Below are positions 38,023 to 48,231 of a stretch of DNA of 64,000 nucleotides, piece after piece. The number at the start of each line of letters is the position of its first letter. Within the stretch, counting starts at the first letter, position 1. The DNA comes from Fibrobacteria bacterium (GTDB lineage: Bacteria; Fibrobacterota; Fibrobacteria; UBA11236): positions 96,001-160,000 of the forward strand of contig JAYTSD010000043.1 in the NCBI GenBank assembly GCA_043745805.1. Direction: 5' to 3'. A program made the position numbers and the translations under genes. Under the pieces are notes generated by a model that had not been told where the DNA came from, did no database searches, and was given only the letters and a program-made list of their open reading frames with translations.

Positions 38023-41000
38023 ATGAAAGGTGATTTTTCCGCTTGGAATAAAGACCGAGCTCAGAACTTTAGAGGAGTACTTCATCAACAAGGAAGAGTA
38101 TTACTCGACCGTGATTGGAATGCACAAACTGAAATATTCAATGAATGGCAGGAAACCGCTGGTAGAGATGCTTTTGGCGCAGGCGTCGCCGCCGTACCCG
38201 CTGAAGTCTCACAAAGTTTTAAAATAACCGAAGCCAAAATAGAATCTGGAAAAATCAAGATTTCCGCCAATAAGGGGCGAGTATGGGCAGATGGTTTATT
38301 AGTAGAATCATTACAAGATATTACTAATCGTATTGCCACCTATTTAAATCTTCCTCCCGCTTCCGTTCCCAATCCTGCGGCGCATCAACGTGACACGGTG
38401 ATACTGGAAACATGGATGGACGCTTTGAATCCTTTTCAAGTCCCCTCTTTACTGATTGAGCCCGCATTGGGTGGTGTCGATACTACAGAGCGTGTACTTA
38501 CCTCCACACGATTTCGACTATTTCGAATGGAAGCTGGGGAAACATGTGATTCTATTATCCCTATGCTTAAAGATGATTTTTCGGCAAAAGGTAAGCTTAC
38601 GGTTAAGCTTAATCCAAATACCAGTACCGATGGCGATTGCCCAGTTATAGAAAGCGGTGGTTATACAGGATTTGAACATCGACTATATCGCATTGAAATT
38701 GCTGAAACCAAAAAGCCCGACGCTTATTTTAAGTGGTCGCAATTTAATGGCGGATTGGTCGGCACAGGCGACTTTGATGTAGTTAACCGGAAAGTGACTC
38801 TTCATGGAAACATCAATGCCATACAACATTCCGGCCTTAAAGATTTTTATCTCGAAGCATTAGAATTCGATGCGACATTGGGGGCCTGGAATGTGGCGTA
38901 TGCGGCTAAGGCTACACTTGGCCCAGATCATTTGTTGACCTTACCTGCTGATGGCGTGGCAGATGAATTTTTAGGAAAAATGATGTCGGGAAGAAAGTTT
39001 TTTCGACTTTGGAATGGGATAGCCGCGATAGCCAATTTTGCTGCTGCGGATAAGGACTTACCGGATTTGGTAGGAATCAAATTGAAATTTGATTCGGTTT
39101 TGGCGAATAAATATACTCCAGCCGATTTTTGGACCTTTGAAGTTCGTGCTGGTGGATTAGGAAATCCTGCGGTATTGTTGGGTGATCCTGTCACCTTTGC
39201 AGGTTCGCCACCGCAGGGTATTTTTTATCATCGTGTGCCTTTAGCAGAGCTAATGTGGACTAGTAATGTCATTACTGGAGATCAAATTGAAGATTGTCGT
39301 CGTGTTTTTCAACCGCTGACAAAACAAAAAACATGCTGCACCTATCGAGTCGGTGACGGTATTCATTCGCATGGTGATTTTACCAAAATTCAGGATGCCA
39401 TCAACGCACTTCCAAAAAAAGAAGGTGGAGAAGTATGCGTGTTACCTGGCTATTATGAAGAAAATATCGAAATTAAAGCGCCGCATAATCGAAATATTAT
39501 TCTCAAGGGATGCGGGCCTCGCACCGTTATTCAATTTAAAACCAATGCTCCTGTGATTCATATACATTATGGACAAAATATTAGGATTGAATCGCTGGCC
39601 ATTGTGGCTCATGATGAGGGGATGGGGATTTTTCTTGAAGGCGAAGAGAAATCGGCTAACCATAAAAATAGCGAGAAATATTTGAAGGATATTGTGCTAA
39701 CCGAGTTATTTGTGAAAGCGGTAAAGAATTCTGCCATCAAAGGGCATCTAGCTCAATTTCTTACGCTCAGTAATTCCATTATACATATTAAAGATTTTGA
39801 AACAAAAAAAGTGGCTGTGTATTTGGCCGGCGATGATATGTTAATTGAACGGTCGGAGATTCGTGTTCTCCCCGAAGTCATTACATCACAGGATAATAAA
39901 ACTAAAATTAGTTTCGATTTATTGAACAAAGTAAACGAGATGGGTAATAATTCTCTCGAAGTTGAAAATGTTGGAATTCGTTCTCGAGGTGGAATCAGCG
40001 ATCCATTTGGTGTCGAATCGAATGCCAAATCTGGTAAAACTCTTCCTTCTGATGCTGAAAAGAAACAAAGTGGTAATACAGATATTTTAAATGATTTGGA
40101 TTTTTTGTTACCCTCCCAGGGTGCCGCGGGTGGCCTACAAATCGGAGGTGGCTCGGATCGTGTTCGTATTATTGATAACCTTATTGTTAGTGGAACTGGA
40201 AACGGAATCACTTTAGGAAGTATTGACTTAATAAAAAATCAGGTAGTCATTACTAATCATGATCCCATCGAGCCAAAAAATCCAAAAAAAGATTGTTGCT
40301 TTCCAGATACCGGAATCGTTGATGAGGGCGATGTCACAGTCGAAGGTGCAAAACAAGTCGCAGGTCCTCCACTAAGCGATATTTTAATTAAAGATAATCG
40401 CATCTTTAATATGGGCCGTAATGGAATCGGTGTGGTTGCTTTTTTTAGTCTGGGTGAATTGGATATTAAGATTAAGGATAAAATAGATCTTAAGGATAAG
40501 AATTCGGTAATGGGTTTAGTTTCAGTAACTCGGCTTAAAATCATCGAAAATCGTATTGAACAATGTATGAATATTTCAATTGGCGACATTCCCGAAAAAT
40601 TCAAATGGAAAATTGGTTATGGGGGAATTTCCCTTGCTAATACCGAAACCTTGGTGATACGTGATAATACGATAGTTAATAATGGGCCAGATTTTTTAGA
40701 GCCGATTTGTGGCATTTTTATATTGTCGGGTGAAGGGATAGAAATATCTCGCAATCATATTTTGAACAATGGTATTGCTAATGAAAAAGAGGTAACTAGT
40801 AAATCTGTAAAAAGTGGCCCTCGCGGTGGAATTTTCATTGCCCGTGCTCGCCAATCTAATATTGAGTTACAGCAGGGTTTCGCTCATAAATCGAATTTTA
40901 CTCGTGATTTTCCTGCCGCAAAGATTCAAGAAAATATTGTTTCCGCTCCCCTCGGGAGAAGTTTAACGCTTTTTGCAGATGGCGCGGTATCCGTTATTGG

Positions 41001-41742
41001 CAATCAATTTACCAGCTTGGGTATTCCGCCTTTTGATTTTCTGGGTTTGATTCGCAATTTAAGTAAAATGGATAAATCAGATAAAAATTTTCTATGGCAA
41101 ATTATCGATCTCATTGCTGGGAACATTTTAATTTTCGATTTAGGTAAATCATCATTCCTCTCTAAAAATGGATTTCAGGATATAAAGAGTGGTGAGGCTG
41201 CACAAAGCTTTAAGGCTAGGAATACTTCTTCCGTAAATGACCAAATGGGAACATCAGCAGTGACTGGAAACATAAGTAAACGATATTTTTCGAACGGAAA
41301 TGTTTTATTTACTAATAATCAATGCCATTTAAATTTGTTCAATTTTAAAGAAGGAATGGCTTTAGCTGCCATTTTTGTTGGTAGCTTAGATGATATTGGA
41401 TTTCACAACAATCAAACTGATTGTGATATTGATGATGATTTTCTATTAGTAAATACGTTTGTTTTTGGAATTTCTTTACGCGTTAGTGACAATCATTTCA
41501 CGGAAACTATTTCTAAGGCGATTTTTTCAGCAATGACTTTGGGCGTACAAAATATTACTACCGACAATGAATCCATTCATTGCCTAATGGTTAAAGGGAC
41601 TGCTTATCTTAGTAAACACAATTTGGTATTCACTGAAATAGCCACGGTTAATGGCGATATCAGTGAATATGTTGGCCCACATCTTTGTGATGACGGCAAA
41701 AGTTCATTTGATAATTTCGGCATGGTATTTCTTCCGGGATAA
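38023..41742 (+). CDS. DUF6519-domain tail-fibre-like protein with right-handed parallel beta-helix
   Basis: MKGDFS, VLHQQGRVLLD.DWN, EPALGGVDT, GGYTGFEHRLYRIEI, FKWS..NG and DCRRVFQPL; then IQDAINALP..GGEVCVLPG and repeated I..N.I beta-helix rungs. Confidence 0.88.
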   Translation: MKGDFSAWNKDRAQNFRGVLHQQGRVLLDRDWNAQTEIFNEWQETAGRDAFGAGVAAVPAEVSQSFKITEAKIESGKIKISANKGRVWADGLLVESLQDITNRIATYLNLPPASVPNPAAHQRDTVILETWMDALNPFQVPSLLIEPALGGVDTTERVLTSTRFRLFRMEAGETCDSIIPMLKDDFSAKGKLTVKLNPNTSTDGDCPVIESGGYTGFEHRLYRIEIAETKKPDAYFKWSQFNGGLVGTGDFDVVNRKVTLHGNINAIQHSGLKDFYLEALEFDATLGAWNVAYAAKATLGPDHLLTLPADGVADEFLGKMMSGRKFFRLWNGIAAIANFAAADKDLPDLVGIKLKFDSVLANKYTPADFWTFEVRAGGLGNPAVLLGDPVTFAGSPPQGIFYHRVPLAELMWTSNVITGDQIEDCRRVFQPLTKQKTCCTYRVGDGIHSHGDFTKIQDAINALPKKEGGEVCVLPGYYEENIEIKAPHNRNIILKGCGPRTVIQFKTNAPVIHIHYGQNIRIESLAIVAHDEGMGIFLEGEEKSANHKNSEKYLKDIVLTELFVKAVKNSAIKGHLAQFLTLSNSIIHIKDFETKKVAVYLAGDDMLIERSEIRVLPEVITSQDNKTKISFDLLNKVNEMGNNSLEVENVGIRSRGGISDPFGVESNAKSGKTLPSDAEKKQSGNTDILNDLDFLLPSQGAAGGLQIGGGSDRVRIIDNLIVSGTGNGITLGSIDLIKNQVVITNHDPIEPKNPKKDCCFPDTGIVDEGDVTVEGAKQVAGPPLSDILIKDNRIFNMGRNGIGVVAFFSLGELDIKIKDKIDLKDKNSVMGLVSVTRLKIIENRIEQCMNISIGDIPEKFKWKIGYGGISLANTETLVIRDNTIVNNGPDFLEPICGIFILSGEGIEISRNHILNNGIANEKEVTSKSVKSGPRGGIFIARARQSNIELQQGFAHKSNFTRDFPAAKIQENIVSAPLGRSLTLFADGAVSVIGNQFTSLGIPPFDFLGLIRNLSKMDKSDKNFLWQIIDLIAGNILIFDLGKSSFLSKNGFQDIKSGEAAQSFKARNTSSVNDQMGTSAVTGNISKRYFSNGNVLFTNNQCHLNLFNFKEGMALAAIFVGSLDDIGFHNNQTDCDIDDDFLLVNTFVFGISLRVSDNHFTETISKAIFSAMTLGVQNITTDNESIHCLMVKGTAYLSKHNLVFTEIATVNGDISEYVGPHLCDDGKSSFDNFGMVFLPG

Positions 41743-41772
41743 GTTTAATTTTTTGAAATTTATAATTGAGGT

Positions 41773-42237
41773 TTGAAAATGACTATAAAACAAAAAACTC
41801 GCCTTGAGCAAACGGCTGCTGAATTTGATAATATCGTATTAGCGCTCGATCAAGTTCGTACTCTGCAAATCGCAGATGGACATAGTCTTGAAAATGCGAA
41901 GGGCAATGTTTATGAAAGAGAACATGAACGTTTGTTGCGAAAATTTGGAAAAGAACATCCTCGTACCGTAGAAATGGGATTGCGAATCAAAGGCAATGAA
42001 AAATATAAAACGGCGATTATTGTAGAATACAAAAAAGCCTCTTCGTCGATTGAAAAAAAATCTCAGCGTCCAGCACCCCCTAATAATACAGGCTCAAATA
42101 AATTTACCAAGGTTGCAGAAGCAAAGGTAACCGATGCCAAGGAAACAACGCCTTCTCCTGAATCTGGAAGAGAAGTTCCTAAAACATCGGTAACAAAAAT
42201 AGTGAAGAAAACTGCCGCTAAGAAAAAGAAAAAATAA
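41773..42237 (+). CDS. Hypothetical helical eCIS-associated protein with Lys-rich tail
   Basis: TTG start after GAGG; RE.ERL..KFG.EHPR motif; basic C-terminus. Confidence 0.65.
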   Translation: MKMTIKQKTRLEQTAAEFDNIVLALDQVRTLQIADGHSLENAKGNVYEREHERLLRKFGKEHPRTVEMGLRIKGNEKYKTAIIVEYKKASSSIEKKSQRPAPPNNTGSNKFTKVAEAKVTDAKETTPSPESGREVPKTSVTKIVKKTAAKKKKK

Positions 42238-42282
42238 TTTTTACTAAAAATAAAGCAAATGGTTATGACATAGAGTAAAAGT

Positions 42283-45200
42283 ATGAAGGCATTGGTTTCA
42301 GAAAAAGCTGAGGTAGAGAAGGCTGGAAAAGTCTCAACTAGCCATAGCTCTGATAGTCTACAGCCAATTTTTGGATCCGCCAACCAATCCTCTCCTTCTA
42401 TATTTCGCAAAGCGACTTGTGCTTGCGGCGGTGGTTGTTCTAGTTGTCAAGCTTCTACGAATGATTTAAAAATATCTCAACCTAATGATCCCGCAGAAAT
42501 TGAAGCGGATCAAATAGCGGATAGGGTAATGCGCATGCCGAAGGAAAATGTTTCTTCGGATAGTAACATGCAACGGTCATCCAAAGTCGATGGAAATAAT
42601 CTCCAACGAAAATCATTACCCTCAAGTAGTGGAATTATTTCTCAAAGTTCTGGGCATGTGCAAAATGCCATGCAAAGTGGTGGTCGTCCTTTAGAGCTTG
42701 GCACTCGTAATTATTTTGAACCAAGATTAGGTTATGATTTAAGTTCCGTCCGTCTGCATACGGATGCAAAAGCGAATGAGTCGGCTCATGCTCTCAATGC
42801 AAAGGCTTATACCGTTGGCAAAGATATTGTATTCGGGCGCGATGAATACAAAACAAATTCTGAGGGCGGGAATCGTTTATTGGCCCATGAGCTTGCACAT
42901 GTCACACAGAATAATTCTGTCATTCATCGGGATGAAAAACCCGATGCCGTAGTTGATCCTGTAGAAGTGAGGCTTGAAGGGCTCCCCGAAGACGGACTTA
43001 AATTAATGGCGAAGTCCACACGTGTGGATGCGAATATAATTGATAAGGAGATGGTAAAGAATGGAGATTTGGTTTTTCCCGAATTTGGGGTGCACGATAA
43101 TCAAGGGAAAACCTGGGCCTGGATAAATGTGCCTAGTAGAAATGCAATAGATGTACCCATCAATAAACTTTATGCAAAAGATCGCAGGTTTAACTATCCA
43201 ATTTTGCATGGATTTATTGAATTCAAATATTTGGGAAATATTACTATTCATATTACTATATATGCTAAACCACCGGTAAAGATAGATCCTCCGGCTCCGG
43301 TTTCTTTAGAACCCCCTAAACGAGATAAACCCGCTGCTCCTGAAACACAATCTGCCAAAGATTTGATCAATCATGAAACATCTTGGTACCTAGAATTAAA
43401 TGAGGAGGCGCTTGGAAAAAAGCTACTTGAATATGCAGATGGAGGAAATTTTTCTACACCCGATTCTGTACTTGAAGAGCTTGGTAGTAGTGATCGTGAT
43501 GATGTCTCCTTTGAATTAATAAAGGCATCCAGCGAGGAACAGCTTTCGGGAATGGCAGAAACTGAACAGGGCAGAAAATTTTTAGATCGACTCTATGATG
43601 AATTAACCAGCGGATCTGCAGATGAAGCGGAAACGGTGCAGGCTGAGCGAATTCTCATGGCCAAGGCGCGTCGAATCGACCCGGAAAAATTCATGAATGC
43701 GGATAAATATGCTATGGTTATTCCCTTTTCTGCTTCTGGATTTACCAAATTCAATTCAGCTTCACTTTCAGTTCATCGAATGGATAATGGAAATATTTGG
43801 GTACGTAGCCATATGACAGGGGAACATTACCCGAATTCAAAAATTTCGCCTGAACATTATGCCATTATGTATTCGGGAATGGAAATGGACCCTGATACAG
43901 TAGTTGGGCTTTATCTTTATGATGATGGAGGTAAAATCATTTATATGCCTGCACTCTACCTCCTTCAGCTTAGTAATAGTGAAACTACTAAAATTGGTAC
44001 TATGGCTGGTGAGGCATTTTTAACTGGCTTAACCCTTGGTGCTGGTGGTGAAGCTGTTGCCATTGCGGAAGGTGCAAATGCGTCGCGTGCAGCCATTTGG
44101 GGAGCTCGGGCATTTACGGTGCTTAAATGGACTGATAGAGCGGCTGCGGTTTTCGCTGCAGCAAGTACAATAATTAATGAGCATCGTGGTTGGATTATCG
44201 AAAAATTTGGCGAAGATGGACGTGAATTTCTAAAAGATTGGGCAAAAGTTGATCGCATTCTAATGATTTATGGGTTGGCAAGAGGTGCCGTTGCCTTAGG
44301 CCAAATGGGATGGGGTTTGCGGGCAAGCTACAAGAATTGGCGTTCGGCAGCTGATAAATTGGATGATTTGGCTGAAGATGAGAAAAAAATAGTTAATGAT
44401 TTAGCCTCAAATACGGAATCGACTATAGAGGAAATAGAAACTGCCCAAAACAATGCAGGCATGGGAACAAAAGCGGCTACCACCGATGCTGCAAAGCAAA
44501 TGGATGAAGCTACTGATGATATTAAAGTTTTGAATAAAAATGATATTACCGTTTCTAATACTGGAAAAGCAACCGGTGAAGTTGAAGAGGCAGGAGCGGA
44601 GGTTGTTGAGCTTGACAAATACCGACAGCAAAAATCTTTAAAACAAAAAGCACGTCAGCCTGCTCAGCAAATGAAAAAAACCGGCACAGATGATACTGTG
44701 GCGGTAGCGCAAGATGCGCCGATTGCAGCTAATGACAATGTCGAAATAGTTTCTGATTCAACTACAACAACAACAGGTAATTCTACTCGTAACGCAAAAG
44801 TTACTCCTATTAATGGGCAACCGAAAGTTGACCTTTCTGAATTTACCAATGGTGCGAAGCTAGAAAAAGATAAATGGATTGGGAAAAAATGGAAAAAAGG
44901 AGATCCCCTTCCTGAGGGTTATGTCAGCCTTGAAGATGGTGGAATACGAAGGGGTCCTGGATTTCGTGAAAAAAATTATGTACCCCTTGAAGTAAAAGAA
45001 GGAAAGCTTGTTGTGGGAACGGGTGGTGAACGCATAAGTAACCCCTCGGTAATGAATCGGAATTATAAGAAGGGATTGGCTCAAGATTTGGAAGTTAAAA
45101 ATCCAAGTTGGTCAAAGGCAAGATTAGAAAAGGAAGTGGCAAAGGAAGTTGAAAAAAATGCCGTTCATCATTTAATACCTGATAATGTGGTTCAGGACCA

Positions 45201-45555
45201 TCCTCTCGCTCAGGCGGCAAGAGATGTTGGATACGATCTGGACAATAGTGAAAATTTAATTGGGTTACCTAAATCCAAATCCCTCACCGATATTGAGGCA
45301 GGGGAAATGGGACATTGGACAAGCCATCCTCAATATGACAAGATTGTAAAGGACGAGCTCACAAAGGTTCAGAAATTATTGGAAAAAAAATTCGGAAGCC
45401 TAGACAAAGTTCCTAAGCAAAGATTAATGGATGCGATGAAAAATGTTGAAGAGAAACTTCAAAAACTTATTGAAGACGGTTTGGCTCCAATCAAAGATGG
45501 TCACCTCGCCGAAGAAGAACAGGAGGAATCCAAAAATCCATCTTCATTTGCCTAG
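42283..45555 (+). CDS. DUF4157 (eCIS core, HExxH) polymorphic toxin with C-terminal AHH (HNH-fold) nuclease
   Basis: CACGGGCSSC leader; GRPL...FEPRLG.DLSSVRLHTD..A.AYTVG.DIVFG..LLAHELAHV; C-terminal VHHLIP...YDLDNSENLIGLP...H..SHPQY. Confidence 0.88.
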   Translation: MKALVSEKAEVEKAGKVSTSHSSDSLQPIFGSANQSSPSIFRKATCACGGGCSSCQASTNDLKISQPNDPAEIEADQIADRVMRMPKENVSSDSNMQRSSKVDGNNLQRKSLPSSSGIISQSSGHVQNAMQSGGRPLELGTRNYFEPRLGYDLSSVRLHTDAKANESAHALNAKAYTVGKDIVFGRDEYKTNSEGGNRLLAHELAHVTQNNSVIHRDEKPDAVVDPVEVRLEGLPEDGLKLMAKSTRVDANIIDKEMVKNGDLVFPEFGVHDNQGKTWAWINVPSRNAIDVPINKLYAKDRRFNYPILHGFIEFKYLGNITIHITIYAKPPVKIDPPAPVSLEPPKRDKPAAPETQSAKDLINHETSWYLELNEEALGKKLLEYADGGNFSTPDSVLEELGSSDRDDVSFELIKASSEEQLSGMAETEQGRKFLDRLYDELTSGSADEAETVQAERILMAKARRIDPEKFMNADKYAMVIPFSASGFTKFNSASLSVHRMDNGNIWVRSHMTGEHYPNSKISPEHYAIMYSGMEMDPDTVVGLYLYDDGGKIIYMPALYLLQLSNSETTKIGTMAGEAFLTGLTLGAGGEAVAIAEGANASRAAIWGARAFTVLKWTDRAAAVFAAASTIINEHRGWIIEKFGEDGREFLKDWAKVDRILMIYGLARGAVALGQMGWGLRASYKNWRSAADKLDDLAEDEKKIVNDLASNTESTIEEIETAQNNAGMGTKAATTDAAKQMDEATDDIKVLNKNDITVSNTGKATGEVEEAGAEVVELDKYRQQKSLKQKARQPAQQMKKTGTDDTVAVAQDAPIAANDNVEIVSDSTTTTTGNSTRNAKVTPINGQPKVDLSEFTNGAKLEKDKWIGKKWKKGDPLPEGYVSLEDGGIRRGPGFREKNYVPLEVKEGKLVVGTGGERISNPSVMNRNYKKGLAQDLEVKNPSWSKARLEKEVAKEVEKNAVHHLIPDNVVQDHPLAQAARDVGYDLDNSENLIGLPKSKSLTDIEAGEMGHWTSHPQYDKIVKDELTKVQKLLEKKFGSLDKVPKQRLMDAMKNVEEKLQKLIEDGLAPIKDGHLAEEEQEESKNPSSFA

Positions 45556-45672
45556 TGCCAACAATAAAATAGTGGAATAACTTTAATTTTTTTTTAAAAA
45601 GTAATGATGGAAAATTTTAAACATCACAATGATATTAATTTCAATACCAAAATGATTTTGGCTTGAATTTTT

Positions 45673-47841
45673 ATGTTTAGTCAAACCACAAAATTATCTG
45701 AACAAAAATCCGACTATAAAAGTAAGTCGCATGGAAGCAATTCAGATTATGGAAGAACTGAACAATTTAATAAAAACTCGTCTGAGCACTTATTGTATCG
45801 CAAAGCAGCCTGTCCTTGTGGCGGCGGTTGTTCGACTTGTCAATCCTCCTCTAATGATTTAAAAATATCCCAACCTAATGACACAGCAGAAATTGAGGCT
45901 GATCAAATTGCGGATAAGGTAATGCGTATGCCTGCCGATATTCCCATGAAAGTAAATACTAATATTTCTGTAACGGATAAGTTACATGCGAAATGTGACA
46001 CCTACGAGGAAGAGAAAAAAACCGAAACGATTTTTAGAAAAGAAGGATTTGATGCAGTAAGTAGTTCTGCTTCAATATATGAAAATTCTTCAGTAAAAAG
46101 CGTCGTTAATTCCAATGGCCGATCTCTTGATTCTGCAAGTCGATCATTTTTCGAGCCTCGATTTGGTCGAGATCTTGGCCATGTTCGAGTGCATAATGAT
46201 TCCACAGCGGCCAATTCTGCTCGTGCTATAAATGCACGTGCCTATACAGTTGGGAGTAATATTGTTTTCGGTAAAGGTGAATATGGACCTGAGCATGAAA
46301 GAGGCAGACATTTATTAGCGCATGAGCTTGCACATGTGATGCAACAGGAGGGCTCTTCATCGAAATTAGATCGCAGCGTTATTTATCGGCAACCTTTAAG
46401 CGACGAGCAACAAGACTTAAATAATATTGACATTGAGATTGAAATTTTGAGTGAGCAATTATTAGATCCAATGGCTGCGCCATTAATGATGCGAATAAAT
46501 TATTTACAACAACGAAAAGCCATTTTATTAAGTCGAACATCGGCAACAATACCACGAACACAGAAATCTCTCAATGAAGAAGCTGTTCGCCTAGGCACCA
46601 AGCAAGCTATTCGGCGAAATCTTTGGGATGATTTAGATAAAATTCCTTCTTGGATCATTGAGGATTGGTTGTCAACGGATTTAATTCAAAGTGTAACCAA
46701 AGAACTTAATCTTTATTGGGATTCGGATGAAAAGGCTTTTATTCGCAATCGGATTGTTGATGCAATTGAACACGATGTAATGAACAACATTGAGGCAAAG
46801 AGAATTTATAATGCAACGGTTTGGGACTTAACAGTAAATAGAAAAGTTGAAAAATCTTGGTTTAAAAAATCCATGGATGTTGTCTGTGATTATACGAATC
46901 CCTGTCATGGTAACATGGAAGAATTTCATGCGGACATTGAAAGTGGAATGAGCGTAGAGGAAGCACGCAAACACGGACTCAATCGGATATTTGGATGGGG
47001 TTTGGAGCAATCTCTCTCTTTTGGTGGATCGAGTGAATCTGGAAGTAGTAATGGACCAAAATTGGAATTAGTACCAGGAAAATTTTCTAACCCTATTCCT
47101 GCAACATCAGAAATCACCGGTGGAAATCCAGGTATGATTCGTGAAAGTGTTCCTAAAATACCCATTCATCCGGAGCCTATATGGGAGCCCACTCCCATAA
47201 CGAAGCCAAAAGCAGCTCCGGAAGCTTTACCTGAACATACTACTACATCGTCAGACAATACTGGGGTGGTTCGAGCATCCAAACCACCACCAAAATTGAA
47301 TCCTAATTCAACTAATAGTACTAATGAAAATCCACAACCCTTCCCCGTTCCACCCACAATCCGAATTAAACCTCCCGACGTTGATACTGATTTGGATAAA
47401 AAAAAGCGTCGGGGAAAATGCACTTATGAATCTATTGGCCAGCAATCAGGACGATTTCCATGTCATGCCGATTATGCGAAAAAATTAAGTGGCGTTCCGC
47501 GTGAAGTAAGAATTCAAAGTCCCGACGGAGAATCTGTGGATTTCGATGCAATGGATCATGGGAATACTTTGTATGAAGTTAAAACGGGGTATCGTTGGAT
47601 AGCCTTCATGAGTGACGGACCGCGGAAGACTGAAATAATTACCAGGTTTTGGACACAAGCTATTTCTCAAATAATAGTCGCAGCAAGTTGTGGTCATCCG
47701 TTAATGTGGTATTTTAATGATCCCTATGCCGCTAGTTTTTTTGGGGCTGAGAATTCACCGTATCCGAATTACTTTCAGATTCATTTACCCGTTCGGGTTT
47801 GGTATGTTCCCTTCAACTGCAAGGAGGATAGCGATGGCTGA
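45673..47841 (+). CDS. DUF4157 polymorphic toxin with C-terminal PD-(D/E)xK restriction-endonuclease-fold domain
   Basis: CPCGGGCSTC leader; DUF4157 with HELAH; Pro-rich linker; VDFDAM...LYEVKTGY...Q...A..CG..L.WYF (Tox-REase-5/DUF6310-like). Confidence 0.82.
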   Translation: MFSQTTKLSEQKSDYKSKSHGSNSDYGRTEQFNKNSSEHLLYRKAACPCGGGCSTCQSSSNDLKISQPNDTAEIEADQIADKVMRMPADIPMKVNTNISVTDKLHAKCDTYEEEKKTETIFRKEGFDAVSSSASIYENSSVKSVVNSNGRSLDSASRSFFEPRFGRDLGHVRVHNDSTAANSARAINARAYTVGSNIVFGKGEYGPEHERGRHLLAHELAHVMQQEGSSSKLDRSVIYRQPLSDEQQDLNNIDIEIEILSEQLLDPMAAPLMMRINYLQQRKAILLSRTSATIPRTQKSLNEEAVRLGTKQAIRRNLWDDLDKIPSWIIEDWLSTDLIQSVTKELNLYWDSDEKAFIRNRIVDAIEHDVMNNIEAKRIYNATVWDLTVNRKVEKSWFKKSMDVVCDYTNPCHGNMEEFHADIESGMSVEEARKHGLNRIFGWGLEQSLSFGGSSESGSSNGPKLELVPGKFSNPIPATSEITGGNPGMIRESVPKIPIHPEPIWEPTPITKPKAAPEALPEHTTTSSDNTGVVRASKPPPKLNPNSTNSTNENPQPFPVPPTIRIKPPDVDTDLDKKKRRGKCTYESIGQQSGRFPCHADYAKKLSGVPREVRIQSPDGESVDFDAMDHGNTLYEVKTGYRWIAFMSDGPRKTEIITRFWTQAISQIIVAASCGHPLMWYFNDPYAASFFGAENSPYPNYFQIHLPVRVWYVPFNCKEDSDG

Positions 47842-48231
47842 GGCATTGGGTTTAAAAAAAATGACAATGGGAGAAACCCATTCAAAGTCATTAATGCAGA
47901 AGTCGAAAAATGAATTTTATAATGACGAAATAAAATCCTCATTTGATAGCTTACCATTTTGGGGTCCGGATACGAAAATCAATCGCAAAGCCTCTTGCCC
48001 TTGTGGCGGCGGTTGTTCGACTTGTCAATCCTCCTTCAACGATTTAAAAATATCTCAACCCAATGATGCCGCAGAAATTGAAGCGGATCAAATAGCGGAT
48101 AAGGTGATGCGCATGTCCGCCGATGTTCCGGTGAAAGTAAATACTAATATTTCAGTAACTGATAAGTTACATGCGAAATGTGACAGTTGCGAGGAAGAGA
48201 AAGAAACCGAAACTGTTTTTAGAAAGGAAAG
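45799..48231 (+). repeat. Dispersed ~250-bp repeat (45799-46046 and 47984-48231; shorter copy 42406-42540) encoding the shared DUF4157 leader
   Basis: Near-identical DNA such as tgtggcggcggttgttcgacttgtcaatcctcc, gatttaaaaatatc.caacc.aatga and aaagtaaatactaatatttc.gtaac.gataagttacatgcgaaatgtgaca. Confidence 0.85.

Noticed and set aside
17153..42237. Prophage or classical T6SS
   Set aside because: No capsid, portal, terminase, integrase or replication genes, and no TssJLM/ClpV. The Afp15-like ATPase, DUF4255, DUF6519 and DUF4157 genes point to an eCIS.
45556..45672. Possible hidden immunity gene after the AHH toxin
   Set aside because: Only 117 bp of AT-rich sequence, with no credible ORF or RBS.
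47717..47833. ORF-track N-terminal extension of the third DUF4157 gene
   Set aside because: It overlaps the previous gene by 125 bp. The ATG at 47834 has a strong AAGGAGG SD and gives a leader length like the paralogs.
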